DNA of 64,000 bases from Fusobacteriaceae bacterium (lineage in GTDB: Bacteria > Fusobacteriota > Fusobacteriia > Fusobacteriales > Fusobacteriaceae). The notes under the pieces are model-generated. The model was not told where the DNA came from, ran no database searches, and saw nothing but the letters and a program-made list of their open reading frames with translations. Below are positions 10,188 through 19,903 of this stretch, piece by piece. Positions within the stretch are counted from its first letter, which is position 1. Each line of letters opens with the position of its first letter. The position numbers were made by a program, and so were the translations under genes. The DNA is taken from assembly GCA_051659505.1 (NCBI GenBank), contig JBOFOQ010000013.1, positions 4,732 through 68,731 of the forward strand. Reading direction: 5' to 3'.

Positions 10188-11201
10188 CTATTTACAAACT
10201 GTTACACAGAAATATCCCTCTATATCTAGAGGTTGTAAAACTGGTCTTGATTGTGTTATTATTTGCAATCCTGAATCATTTACATTTTTTACATATGAAT
10301 ATCTTTTTACTTTTTTAAATATTTCTTCTTTTATGTTGTTTGTATTATACACAGGAGCATATAATATTTCTCCATCTACTGGTCCTCCAATTATTACATT
10401 TGGAGGCATAAGTTCTATTCTTACTCCTGCAGAATTTAAAACACCTCTTTTGTATCTATATAAATCTATTCCAAATGTTTTGTATGTTCCCACCCAAATA
10501 ACACCTGGATGTTTTCTTACTACAGTTTTTACAAATTCACTTTGTAAATCTCTACTTAATAATTTCTGCTTTTCCGCTTCTCTTATAAAGTTTTCTGCTG
10601 CATTATATCCCATTACTACAACATCAGTTATATTTCCATTTTCTTCTGCTTTAGTTAATATTTTGTCTAAACTTGCAATTGGATTTACTCCAACTTCTCC
10701 CCACTGCTCTGCTTCAGGTAGTGTTTCTATATTCCCTAATCCATAATCTACTTCATATCCACTATCTCCATTAACTGATGTTACTTTTCCAGTTGTTAAG
10801 AATTGTGATACCATCAATTCTTCTTTATTTACTATGTAGTTTTCTTGGTCTTCTAGTATTTTCTTTATTATCTTTACTGTACTCTCTGTTTTTGATGCAC
10901 TAAATGGTTCTCCTGCTCCTCTAAGTTCCATATCTCTTTCTGATATAGTTTTTGTTATTCCTATCTTAGGAGCTGTTATTATATTTGTTTGGATTTTCTT
11001 ATTTTCCATAGCTTTTCCATTCTCTAATGGAGCTACAAATGGGGCAAACGATTCTTTCCCTTTTGTTATTTCTAACATAATCATAGAACTATCTACATTT
11101 GTCGCATTTTTAAAAAAAAGTTCTCTTAAAAAATTTCTTTTAAGGTCTATTTTTTCCCTTACTTTTCTTATTGTTCTAGTTGTGTATAACCCGTTTTCCA
11201 T
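10188..11201 (-). CDS. Major capsid protein, lambda gpE-like
   Basis: 337 aa (lambda E is 341). The N-terminal FLRELFF matches the lambda E FLRLFF region. Gene order W-portal-protease-D-E is preserved. Confidence 0.8.
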   Translation of the reverse strand: MENGLYTTRTIRKVREKIDLKRNFLRELFFKNATNVDSSMIMLEITKGKESFAPFVAPLENGKAMENKKIQTNIITAPKIGITKTISERDMELRGAGEPFSASKTESTVKIIKKILEDQENYIVNKEELMVSQFLTTGKVTSVNGDSGYEVDYGLGNIETLPEAEQWGEVGVNPIASLDKILTKAEENGNITDVVVMGYNAAENFIREAEKQKLLSRDLQSEFVKTVVRKHPGVIWVGTYKTFGIDLYRYKRGVLNSAGVRIELMPPNVIIGGPVDGEILYAPVYNTNNIKEEIFKKVKRYSYVKNVNDSGLQIITQSRPVLQPLDIEGYFCVTVCK

Positions 11202-11217
11202 ATGTTCCTCCTAATTT

Positions 11218-11529
11218 TTATTTTACAAATATTGATTTTTCTCTTAATTTTATTAGATATTCTTTTTCTTTAGCTGTTTCTATTTTCACAAAATCTTTAT
11301 GTAATGAACCAGTTAATATAACTGTTGCTAATCCTGGTTCTTCCAGTGAATTATAAGCTACCCCATAAATATTAGGATATGTTGTTCCAATTTTTCCGAA
11401 TTCATATGTAGCACTAACTCCCACTATATCCCCATCTAATAAAGTTGTTTTACTGTCAACCTCTATTGTTTCCATTGGAAATGTGCCGTTAAATACTCTT
11501 TTTAATTCATGTTCATATTTTTTATTCAT
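11218..11529 (-). CDS. Head decoration protein, lambda gpD-like
   Basis: 103 aa, between the protease and the capsid gene exactly as lambda D. The segment DIVGVSATYEFGK...TGSLHKDF is reminiscent of D-family proteins. Confidence 0.55.
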   Translation of the reverse strand: MNKKYEHELKRVFNGTFPMETIEVDSKTTLLDGDIVGVSATYEFGKIGTTYPNIYGVAYNSLEEPGLATVILTGSLHKDFVKIETAKEKEYLIKLREKSIFVK

Positions 11530-11538
11530 ATATTCCTC

Positions 11539-12633
11539 CTAGTTAGATGTTTTCTCAAATGCTTTTTCTATTGCATCATCAATGTTTGTTACATTTGTTC
11601 CAATATTATCTGTTATATTATTAATGCCTACTTCTTCTGCTTCTTTTTTTCCTTGATTTATTACTTCATTTGCTGCTAAAGACCCATCATTGTAAAACTG
11701 TACTATCAGTTCTTCTGCTGTTCTAGGTTCTTCATATTTCGCCTTGTTTATTATTTCTATTTGTTTTTTATTTATTGGTTTTAAATTTTCTAATTTTCTT
11801 ATTCTTTCCCTATCATCATTTAATGCGTTGTTTATTTCTTCTTCTGATAGTTTAACAATTTTGTTTTGAGTTCCAGTATTTATATTTTGCATTTCATTTT
11901 CTAGCTCTTTTTTAAGTTCTTCTCTAAGCTCATTTATTACATCAGGGTATTTGTTTTTTATTTCTAAACCTGTCATTTCTTCCTCCATATTTGTTTTATT
12001 TATTTCTGGAAATAATTTATTAACTATTTCATTTGAAAACATATTTTTTATATTGTTTTTTAAATCTTTTTCACTAAGTGCTATTTCTTCATCCACAAAA
12101 CCTGTTTCTATTGCTTCTTTTGTTGAGAAGTATTTTTCTTCATCCATATATGCACTTATTTCTTCTCTTGTTAATTTTGTTTTTTCCATGTAAATATCAA
12201 TGATATCTTCTTTTACAGCATCTAATTGCTCTGCTACTTTTCTAAAGTCATTACTTGTTCCTCCGCTATAAGTTGCTGGATTATGTATCATAAATTTACA
12301 TCCAACACCCATATATACTTTGGAACTGGCGAGTGCTAAATATGATGCTGCACTTGCTGCCATTCCCTCTATGTATGTTGTTGTTTTTATGTTATTATCT
12401 TTTGTAAATCTTCTAAAAGAATTAAACATAGCTACAGATTCATACACAGAGCCCCCGTTTGAGTTTATCCTTAAAGTTATTTCTTCACAACCTTTTAAAT
12501 TTTCAAGTTGGTCTGTAAAACTTTTAGCACTACAATCACTTTCAATCCAAGTGTGTCTTGCTATATCTCCAAAAACTTTTATTTCTCCTGTTTTCCCTTT
12601 ATTTATTATTTCCCACCACTTCATTTTTTTCAC
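11539..12633 (-). CDS. Head maturation protease (ClpP/S49 fold) with C-terminal scaffold-like coiled coil
   Basis: Has RINSNGGSVYESVAMFN and IEGMAASAASYLALAS serine-protease motifs. The acidic coiled-coil C-terminal half is analogous to lambda C/Nu3. Confidence 0.8.
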   Translation of the reverse strand: MKKMKWWEIINKGKTGEIKVFGDIARHTWIESDCSAKSFTDQLENLKGCEEITLRINSNGGSVYESVAMFNSFRRFTKDNNIKTTTYIEGMAASAASYLALASSKVYMGVGCKFMIHNPATYSGGTSNDFRKVAEQLDAVKEDIIDIYMEKTKLTREEISAYMDEEKYFSTKEAIETGFVDEEIALSEKDLKNNIKNMFSNEIVNKLFPEINKTNMEEEMTGLEIKNKYPDVINELREELKKELENEMQNINTGTQNKIVKLSEEEINNALNDDRERIRKLENLKPINKKQIEIINKAKYEEPRTAEELIVQFYNDGSLAANEVINQGKKEAEEVGINNITDNIGTNVTNIDDAIEKAFEKTSN

Positions 12634-14137
12634 CTCCTTTATATGATTTTTTTATCTTTATTAGGTTTAACTCGTGAGTAGCAAGCATTTCTTCCTCTCG
12701 CATTATTTCACCAGTTATATCATCATAATCAACTCCATTTCTTCGAGCTATTATTGCTCTCGTGGTTATTTTGTTTCTTAAATTAATTTCATCTGCTTTT
12801 GCATCTCTTAAAGGATCTAACGATGTTTTGTTAGTTCCTATCCAAATGCAATGTGAGAATGCATATCTCACTGTTACATCGTCAAAGAAATTTGGGCACT
12901 CTATATCTCCATTTTTCATAAGTTCAATTATGAACTCTTCATAAATTGGTTGGCAAAATTTCTTTTCTATAATTCGTCTTGCTGTTTTAAATCTTGCTTC
13001 TGCTTCTTCGAGTGAGGCTTTAGCAGCTGAGTATGATGATTTGAAACTACTCATCATTACTTCCACAGGTATTCCTGTTGCTGCTCCTAACTCTTCACAT
13101 ATTTTTTCTACAAAATCTTTATAGTTTTTATTAGGTCTTGATGTTATAAATTCTTTTAGCTCTTCATCTTTTCCCGCTACATAAACTTGACCGTGACCAA
13201 AACTCTTATTAAGTTCTCTTTCTATTGAGTTTTTACTCGATGTTTTAGGTTCGTTTTCTTTTCCCATAGACTGCATAACTTTATCTTTATTTAAAATATT
13301 AGAAGCATTTTCAGTTTTCAGTAACATTGCAACTGAGGCATTAAGAACCGCCGCCATCATTTCTGCTTTTTTATATCTGTCTAGTTGTTTAAAAGTTCTT
13401 AGAACTGGACTTAATAAAGGTATTCCTCTTCTCTGACCTATTCTTGTTGGTTCAAAGATATGGAGGATATTTCTTCTCGCCATAGAATTAAAAACAGGAT
13501 ATTTTTTTATTTCTACTGCTCCGTCTCCTGGATGCTTGTTAGAAATATAATAATTTAGTAAAGTTCCTTCTTTGTCTACTTCTACACCGCCTTTTATAGC
13601 TTGGTTGCCACCACTAGGGTTAGTTACCCTATCTGCTTCTAAAAGTTGAATACAGAGCTCTACATCTATATTTTTTGTTGGTTTCCTTTTCACCACGGCA
13701 AATACATCACCGTTCATTATCCAACTTAACTGAACCAAAGATTGTAAAGTGTAAAAATCATGTACCCTTGAACTGTCTGAGTTAGTGCTATATGCCCAGG
13801 CATCAAACTTGGTACTGATTATTTGTTCCATCTCTTTTGCTTTTTCTTTTGTTATATTCAAAAACCTATAATTTATTGTAGGTTTTGGTATTAAGCCTGT
13901 TCCTATTACTTTAGTTCTATACTTGTCCAAAATAGCTGTTGCTATTTCATTGTTCATGTATAGGTCTCTACTTCTTGCTCTCATGTCTTCTAAATTTTCT
14001 AATATATCATTATCTGGACTTTCAGGTTCTGGTTGCCAAGTGAAGTCCTCTGTGCTTCCTCTTTGCTCGTATCCTTTGTTTACTATTTCTTTAGGCTGCC
14101 TATGAATAATATTTTTTATTTTATCTAAAACACTCAT
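12599..14137 (-). CDS. Portal protein, lambda gpB family
   Basis: 512 aa, between the gpW-like and protease genes and downstream of the GpA-type terminase. Confidence 0.8.
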   Translation of the reverse strand: MSVLDKIKNIIHRQPKEIVNKGYEQRGSTEDFTWQPEPESPDNDILENLEDMRARSRDLYMNNEIATAILDKYRTKVIGTGLIPKPTINYRFLNITKEKAKEMEQIISTKFDAWAYSTNSDSSRVHDFYTLQSLVQLSWIMNGDVFAVVKRKPTKNIDVELCIQLLEADRVTNPSGGNQAIKGGVEVDKEGTLLNYYISNKHPGDGAVEIKKYPVFNSMARRNILHIFEPTRIGQRRGIPLLSPVLRTFKQLDRYKKAEMMAAVLNASVAMLLKTENASNILNKDKVMQSMGKENEPKTSSKNSIERELNKSFGHGQVYVAGKDEELKEFITSRPNKNYKDFVEKICEELGAATGIPVEVMMSSFKSSYSAAKASLEEAEARFKTARRIIEKKFCQPIYEEFIIELMKNGDIECPNFFDDVTVRYAFSHCIWIGTNKTSLDPLRDAKADEINLRNKITTRAIIARRNGVDYDDITGEIMREEEMLATHELNLIKIKKSYKGGEKNEVVGNNK

Positions 14138-14145
14138 TTATCCCC

Positions 14146-14358
14146 CTATCTTGGATATCCAGTTATAAATCCTCCACCACTAATTCCTTTAGCTCTTTCT
14201 AATCTTTTTTCCCAAACCTCTTGCATTTGGAGAACATATCTTAAATCTGCTTTTTTTAATTTTTTACCCATATGTTCATATTCCTGGGCACTTGCAATTG
14301 CTATTTCTGCTTCTAACCAAATTTCTAAGTGTTTTTCACATTGTTCTTTGCTATACAT
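14146..14358 (-). CDS. Head-tail joining protein, lambda gpW-like
   Basis: 70 aa (lambda W is 68), lying between the large terminase and the portal, with a C-terminal GGGFITGYPR tail. Confidence 0.55.
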   Translation of the reverse strand: MYSKEQCEKHLEIWLEAEIAIASAQEYEHMGKKLKKADLRYVLQMQEVWEKRLERAKGISGGGFITGYPR

Positions 14359-16114
14359 CTTCTCTCTCCTCTCTTAACAATTGTTCTGTATTCTCTATAA
14401 ATAGCATTCCTGCTGTATTATAGTTTCTTATATCTAAAGGTTCGTTTCTTTTTCTTCCAGGTATTATTTCCCATGAAAGTTTTTTTCCTTTATTTGTCTT
14501 TTGTAATTTTTTTACTTCTGCTGTTAAACCTTTAAAGTAATCTACACTATATCCATTCTCTAATGGAAAGAAGCATTGTCCTGCTCCCTCTTCTAAATCT
14601 AACCTAAAGTACAGTGTATCTTTTAGAGCATTTACTCCTAGACTCAATAAATTAATAGGAAGGCATCCTTCCTTGTGAACAGTATTAAATCCATTAATTG
14701 GATTTTTACCTTCTCCACCAATTCCTTTTATTGCAAATATATTTTCATTTTCCTTTCCATGAACAAAGTTATACACTTCGTTCGTCGCATGTCCAGAATC
14801 TATTAATGTTATCGCAATCTTTAATGTATCTTTTTTATTTTTGAAATAAAAATCTCTTTTTAATATTTTATATAATTTATCCCATGTATTTTGTTCTCCA
14901 GGGCTTCCTTGTATCACGGTATACATAACTCCGTAACTTCTTTGACCTAATCCCCAGCCAACTATCTCAAGTTCAAGTCTATTAGCTTGTACATCTACTC
15001 CGCACGTTAGATATTTTATATCTTTATGAAGTTCTGCTTCATAGTCTATTCTTGAATTGTATAGTTTCATAAAGTCTTTTATTTCTGATGTATTTGTTTT
15101 CCACGGTATTCCTAACACCGTGTTATAAAATGTTTGAAGTCTATTAGGATCATCTTTTGAGGCATAAAACTCCTCTACAATTTCTGACCATTTAACCCAA
15201 GGACTGGCTAGAGCATTCATTGAAAACCCTCTATGTTCTTTCCTTTCAGGAAATTTTGAAATCCACTTCCCTTTTTGCTTGTCCCCTTTCCATTGCTTTT
15301 CTGTGCTTAGAACACCGCAATGGTTACATAATAGTTTTACTGTTTTTGAATTTTTATCACTCCACTTTAAATTATCCCAAACTAACACTTGATATTCTTT
15401 ACAGTGTGGACATTCTAGTCCCCACTCTTCCTGGGATGAATTTTTATATTCTCCTTGAATTAAGCTTATTCCATCTAGCGTTGGTGTTGACACTCTAATG
15501 GATTTTTTATTGTGGAAGTTTTGTGTTCTTCTATCTGCTAGGTCTATTGGTGAACCCTCTGTTCCTGCAGATTGTGGAAATCTATCCACTTCATCCATTA
15601 GAACTATTCTTATGGGTCTACCTGAAAGTTCTGTTGGAGATTGTGCACCGACGATTGTTACAAATCCTCCTGGAAACTTCTTTCTCATGATCGTGTCGTT
15701 ATTATCTATCATGATTATTTTTCTCAATACTTCTGTATCTCTTATCATAGGACCTAGTCTTTCATGACTGAAAGCTTTTCCAAAACTAGAGGTTGGAAAT
15801 ATTAAGAGTATTGAGCATGGGTCCAAGTGCATAAATCTTCCGATTATATTTAGAAGTAGTTCTGTTTTACCCACTTGGGAAGAGCTCATTATCGTAACTT
15901 TTATTGTTTCTATACTTGTTACACTTTCAAATATAGCTTTCATATATGGAGTTTTACTTGTTTTCCAGTCTCCCTCTTTGGGAGAGCTTTCTCTTGATAG
16001 CTTCCTGTATTTATCAGCCCAAGAAGCTATATCTAACATTTCTCTAGGTTTTAAACATTCTTTAAATGTTTTTTTTATTAATGCTAACGATTTATTTTTT
16101 TCAGTCATCTTCAT
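14351..16114 (-). CDS. Terminase large subunit, GpA family
   Basis: 587 aa with a Walker A-like SSSQVGKTELLLN and a Walker B-like RIVLMDEVDRF. Overall organisation is lambda-A-like, and it overlaps the small subunit gene. Confidence 0.85.
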   Translation of the reverse strand: MKMTEKNKSLALIKKTFKECLKPREMLDIASWADKYRKLSRESSPKEGDWKTSKTPYMKAIFESVTSIETIKVTIMSSSQVGKTELLLNIIGRFMHLDPCSILLIFPTSSFGKAFSHERLGPMIRDTEVLRKIIMIDNNDTIMRKKFPGGFVTIVGAQSPTELSGRPIRIVLMDEVDRFPQSAGTEGSPIDLADRRTQNFHNKKSIRVSTPTLDGISLIQGEYKNSSQEEWGLECPHCKEYQVLVWDNLKWSDKNSKTVKLLCNHCGVLSTEKQWKGDKQKGKWISKFPERKEHRGFSMNALASPWVKWSEIVEEFYASKDDPNRLQTFYNTVLGIPWKTNTSEIKDFMKLYNSRIDYEAELHKDIKYLTCGVDVQANRLELEIVGWGLGQRSYGVMYTVIQGSPGEQNTWDKLYKILKRDFYFKNKKDTLKIAITLIDSGHATNEVYNFVHGKENENIFAIKGIGGEGKNPINGFNTVHKEGCLPINLLSLGVNALKDTLYFRLDLEEGAGQCFFPLENGYSVDYFKGLTAEVKKLQKTNKGKKLSWEIIPGRKRNEPLDIRNYNTAGMLFIENTEQLLREEREDV

Positions 16115-16565
16115 TAGCGTCTCCTTTTAAATTGAAATCTGATAATTGTTTTAAAATTTCTATAACTTCAGAATTAATAATATCTTCTATTTCAGATTTA
16201 TTATTTTTGTCTATTAACTCTGAGCTTAACTCTCCTGCTAAATTACTTAATTTCATTTTTACTTTCATTAGTGTATCTATAAATATTTTTTCTATAACAT
16301 CTATTTCCACATACTTCTCTTGAACAACATTTAATTTATGTTCTTTTAATTCTTTATCCAGTTTTTTAATTTCAACTGCATAATCTTTTTTATCTTTATT
16401 AATATTTTCTAGATATAATTGAATTGATTTAATTAAATCGTATTTTCTCAAATAAATAGATTCCTTTTCTTTGTTTTTAGCAGCTACGCAAACATCTCTT
16501 ATTCTTCTTGTTGTAACTTTTAATATTTCACTTAATCGATCTTCTGATACCCAATATATTTTCAT
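16101..16565 (-). CDS. Terminase small subunit, Nu1-like (winged HTH + coiled coil)
   Basis: The N-terminus VSEDRLSEILKVTTRRIRDV...YDLIKSIQLYLE follows the Nu1-type HTH pattern. It is immediately upstream of GpA and overlaps it. Confidence 0.5.
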   Translation of the reverse strand: MKIYWVSEDRLSEILKVTTRRIRDVCVAAKNKEKESIYLRKYDLIKSIQLYLENINKDKKDYAVEIKKLDKELKEHKLNVVQEKYVEIDVIEKIFIDTLMKVKMKLSNLAGELSSELIDKNNKSEIEDIINSEVIEILKQLSDFNLKGDANEDD

Positions 16566-16589
16566 TTTACACCTGCTTTTTCTTTAAAA

Positions 16590-16671
16590 GGTTGGGGGGA
16601 TTCCTAAAAATTTTGGAAGTCAATTTTTTTATTTTTAAGAGGTTAAAAATCCCGAGGCTCTCGGACCCCCG
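16590..16671. other. Candidate cos region (GC-rich islands upstream of the Nu1-like gene)
   Basis: ggttgggggga (16590-16600) and cccgaggctctcggacccccg (16651-16671) are isolated GC-rich blocks in AT-rich non-coding DNA. They sit where lambda-type phages carry cosN/cosB. Confidence 0.3.
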
Positions 16672-16709
16672 AATAATAATTTTAGTTCTCACAGTACCTT
16701 TTTTGAAGG

Positions 16710-17231
16710 TTACCCTTTAAATTCCTCTTCAGTACTGATTTCTTTCTCAGTGTCGCGAGCTCTCTCTAACTTTATCTTTAGGAGTTCGAACTCTGTAGTC
16801 TTTGTGTCATGCTCGACTTCTTCTAAAGTATTCTTTATCTTGTAGAGCTTTCGACTGAGCTCATATCCTGCATCTAAGCTTTTAATTCTCATATTCCTTG
16901 CCTCTTCTGCTGACTTCTTTAAATCAGCAGTTTGTTTAGCTTCTTCAACCATTCCTAATAGCCAATGTTTATACAGGTACTTATGATTTGTATCTAGCTT
17001 CCTAAGTTCTTCTTCTATCTGTTCTTCTAAGACCTCTTGTTCTTTTAAGTAGATTACTTCGGCTCTACTTCCTTTTACCCACTCGTTTTTACTTGAGTAG
17101 TTTTTTAAGGTATTGTAGTTGACTTTATACTCAATAGCTAAGACCGCTAAGTCCTCACCAAGTTCATATCGACTTCTAATTTCGTTTTTAATTTTAATAG
17201 GAACTTTTATATACTTCTTTGTTTTTTCCAT
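16710..17231 (-). CDS. Phage HTH-domain protein with coiled-coil C-terminus, function unknown
   Basis: I prefer the start at ATG 17231 (RBS GGAGAG 5 nt upstream) over the ORF-track start at 17285. RSRYELGEDLAVLAIEYKVNYNTLKNY looks like an HTH. Confidence 0.55.
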   Translation of the reverse strand: MEKTKKYIKVPIKIKNEIRSRYELGEDLAVLAIEYKVNYNTLKNYSSKNEWVKGSRAEVIYLKEQEVLEEQIEEELRKLDTNHKYLYKHWLLGMVEEAKQTADLKKSAEEARNMRIKSLDAGYELSRKLYKIKNTLEEVEHDTKTTEFELLKIKLERARDTEKEISTEEEFKG

Positions 17232-17370
17232 TATTCTCTCCATAGTAACAATTAAGTAATAAATTTTAATAATATTTCTCGACACTTACTATTTAGGAGA
17301 AACGAATTTTTTATAACATCAAAACAGTTGCTTAAACTCTTATAAATAAAAGCTTTCAACCATTTCACTC

Positions 17371-17400
17371 TTGCACCACTAAATGGGATTAGTGGTGCAA
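17371..17400. repeat. Perfect 12-bp stem / 6-nt loop hairpin overlapping the stop codon of the initiator gene
   Basis: ttgcaccactaa-atggga-ttagtggtgcaa, verified base by base. No U-tract follows on the coding strand. Confidence 0.8.
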
Positions 17401-18414
17401 AATATAATCCACCAAATAATTAAATTTATCTAAATTATTGTGATGAATATATTGTTTTCTTATTCTACTTATTTCTCTTCCCTTGTGTCTTTTATCATAC
17501 TTATTAACTAAGTTTTCTAGATATGTGTAATCAAATATCCAATAGTTTTTTTGTAAATATTTATATACATTTCTTTCGGGATTAACTCCTTTGTCCCGAC
17601 TTACTTTTGCTGTGTTTTTAAATCTTATATACCCTCTTTCTAGGTTAGGTATTAAGTTTGTTTCTATGTATCTGAAAGCTCTCTTTATTAGCTTTCTCTT
17701 TGTATGTTCCACAAATATATATGGAACTATTTGTGAGAAGTTATTTATAAGAGTGCTTAAACTAGAATCTTGTTCTAGTTGTGTTATATAATATCGGTAT
17801 ATATAAGAGTCCAGTTGCCACTCTAGTCTTGTTAAATTTTTATTTAACAATCCTATATTATCTATTTCTTTCTTCTTGTCATATGCAATAACTTTATATG
17901 ACTTCCAATTGCCCTGAAGGCTACCATCTGTGAACATTTTTTTAAATGCTTCTCCACCTTCATAATCAGATATTTTTTTGAGCTTAGGACAACCTATAAA
18001 TATAAGTTGTAATGCTTCTTTTAACTCTGAAAAGCTTTTTTCAAAATTTATGTTAATTTCTAATGCTTTTATTTTTGCTTCTGATAAATCTATTTGTATC
18101 CCTTTACTTTCTAACATCTCTTTTAATTTATCTATTGCTTTTTCTATTTCTTCTCCAGTAGAGTTATATATGTTGTGCCCATATAAAATCCTATTAGGAT
18201 TGAATCTTAAAACTTTATATTCTGTTAGTTTTCCAGTTTCATAAAGTCTTATGCTTGTATCTAGCATAAACAAAGGTTCTACTATCCTTATTCTTTCTTG
18301 ATAGTATTCTTTGTTTACTTCTTCTGTTATTTTATAATTATCTGTATATTTGATATTAAAGTTATAGACCGTTAACCAGTCTATCCCTATTCTTGTTGCT
18401 TTTTCTAAATTCAT
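17389..18414 (-). CDS. Replication initiator, gene II/X (rolling-circle nickase)-like
   Basis: 341 aa. IGIDWLTV near the N-terminus, NPNRILYGHNIYNSTG (compare M13 gpII SPAKVLQGHNVFGTT), IKALEININF and LTRLEWQL follow the order of conserved gpII blocks as I recall them. Confidence 0.5.
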   Translation of the reverse strand: MNLEKATRIGIDWLTVYNFNIKYTDNYKITEEVNKEYYQERIRIVEPLFMLDTSIRLYETGKLTEYKVLRFNPNRILYGHNIYNSTGEEIEKAIDKLKEMLESKGIQIDLSEAKIKALEININFEKSFSELKEALQLIFIGCPKLKKISDYEGGEAFKKMFTDGSLQGNWKSYKVIAYDKKKEIDNIGLLNKNLTRLEWQLDSYIYRYYITQLEQDSSLSTLINNFSQIVPYIFVEHTKRKLIKRAFRYIETNLIPNLERGYIRFKNTAKVSRDKGVNPERNVYKYLQKNYWIFDYTYLENLVNKYDKRHKGREISRIRKQYIHHNNLDKFNYLVDYILHH

Positions 18415-18514
18415 ATCTAATCACCAAACTTGCCTCCCCTCTCCCGAACCTTATCGATTCAACCGTATTTTTTATTTAATTATATTTAAAGTTCTATATC
18501 TATGAATTCTATTT

Positions 18515-18820
18515 TCATATAGCTCCTTTTTCTGTTAACAACTTTCTTATTTCTATCATTCCTATCCAGGTAAATTTCCTGTTAAGAATTTTCTTGTTCG
18601 CTGCAACTTCTTTTTCTGTTAGTTTGTCCCAGCCTTTATTTCTAAATTCTTCTGTAAATTTCCAAGTATTAGAAAATTTATCCTTCTTCTGAATTTTTAA
18701 TCTTTCTAAAGTTAAATTTAATTCTTTAGCACTCTTAAAGCCGTATGATTTTGATAAATATGTTGCACTGTATAGTTCTTTCCTAAAATCTTTTTCTATG
18801 ATTTTACCTCCTATTTTCAA
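18515..18820 (-). CDS. Phage early protein, unknown function
   Basis: 101-aa basic ORF overlapping the replisome-organizer gene by 17 nt. Confidence 0.5.
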   Translation of the reverse strand: MKIGGKIIEKDFRKELYSATYLSKSYGFKSAKELNLTLERLKIQKKDKFSNTWKFTEEFRNKGWDKLTEKEVAANKKILNRKFTWIGMIEIRKLLTEKGAI

Positions 18821-19709
18821 ATTTTTTCATTTGTTCTAATATTTCTTCTCTGCTCTTTTCTTCTGCTAAGCCTACAGTTTTTTTGTTTATAAATTCAGAA
18901 AAATTAGAAGGTATTTTTGTATTAGGTGTTTCTTTCGTTTCATCTTTCGTTGCTAAACTATTTAGATAGTCCTCAGCTGTTAAGCCTTTTTTTATATAAA
19001 TGCCATTTTCAAATTTTTTAGTATTAATATATTTTTCTTTTTTTAAACCTTTTCTTAAAATTGTTAGAGCCACAGCTATTTTATTTTTAGCGTTTGCTCC
19101 TACTAGTTTTATAGCTTTTTCTTGTTCTTCTTTTGTGTATTCTTCCCATTTCTTTTCAAGATTAGATTCAACAACAATTTTTTTCTCTGTTTGTTGTTGT
19201 TCTTTCTCTAACTCTGTCTCTAACTCTAACTCTTGTCGGACATTGTCTTTTTTTGTCTCAATAATGTCCTCTTGTTTATTTTCTAATAAATTTTCTTTTT
19301 CTTGTTTTAAATTTATCTTTGATTTATCTTCAGTTTTCTTTAAATTTTCTCTATATTCTCTTTTCTTCTTTGCAAAGTCTGTTTCCGACCCAACCATCTT
19401 AGATAGTTCTGACATCCAAAGTGCTCCACTGGATAATGTTTCCATTAATCCTAGTTGTATAAATATATCAATAGCATATCTAACTGTCGCTACTGGTGTA
19501 TTTGTTATACTTCCTAACATTTCAGGGGTATAAGGTATTGCCCCCCTAAACAGTAATTCGCCCTCTGTTCCTACAGATTTTAATAAAAGTTTAAAATATA
19601 ATAGAATATATTCTTTGCCTTCTGGCATACTTTCTATAACCTTTATTTCATCTCTTTCGAAAAAATTGTCCTGAAGTTTTAACCAATAATATTTTTTTGT
19701 TTTTTCCAT
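18804..19709 (-). CDS. Phage replisome organizer (N-terminal domain) protein
   Basis: YYWLKLQDNFFERDEIKVIESMPEGKEYILLYFKLLL is the characteristic start of replisome-organizer N-terminal domains. It has an acidic/Lys-rich linker. Confidence 0.65.
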   Translation of the reverse strand: MEKTKKYYWLKLQDNFFERDEIKVIESMPEGKEYILLYFKLLLKSVGTEGELLFRGAIPYTPEMLGSITNTPVATVRYAIDIFIQLGLMETLSSGALWMSELSKMVGSETDFAKKKREYRENLKKTEDKSKINLKQEKENLLENKQEDIIETKKDNVRQELELETELEKEQQQTEKKIVVESNLEKKWEEYTKEEQEKAIKLVGANAKNKIAVALTILRKGLKKEKYINTKKFENGIYIKKGLTAEDYLNSLATKDETKETPNTKIPSNFSEFINKKTVGLAEEKSREEILEQMKKFENRR

Positions 19710-19873
19710 TTGCTACCATCTCCTTTTTTTAGGAGTACCTACCACAGATACTCTTTTTTATTTCTAATAAATGACCTCAAACTACCGAATTGGTAGCCCT
19801 GTGGTAGGATTTTTAAGGTCATATATTAATAATAAAAATGGGGATGGACAGTTTCCAGTCGTGTCTAGGACTT

Positions 19874-19903
19874 TTGACATTTTTTAATTAATAGTGCTAT
19901 AAT
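19874..19903 (+). promoter_or_regulatory. Near-consensus sigma70-type promoter on the plus strand, antisense to the early genes
   Basis: TTGACA (19874-19879), 18-nt spacer, TGcTATAAT (extended -10; TATAAT at 19898-19903). This could be a chance match in AT-rich DNA. Confidence 0.3.

Noticed and set aside
17229-17231. Shared MEKTKKY N-termini (ATGGAAAAAACAAA...) of the genes starting at 17231 and 19709
   Set aside because: Identity is limited to about 14 nt of A-rich sequence and 7 residues. The proteins diverge completely afterwards, so this is most likely coincidence in AT-rich DNA.
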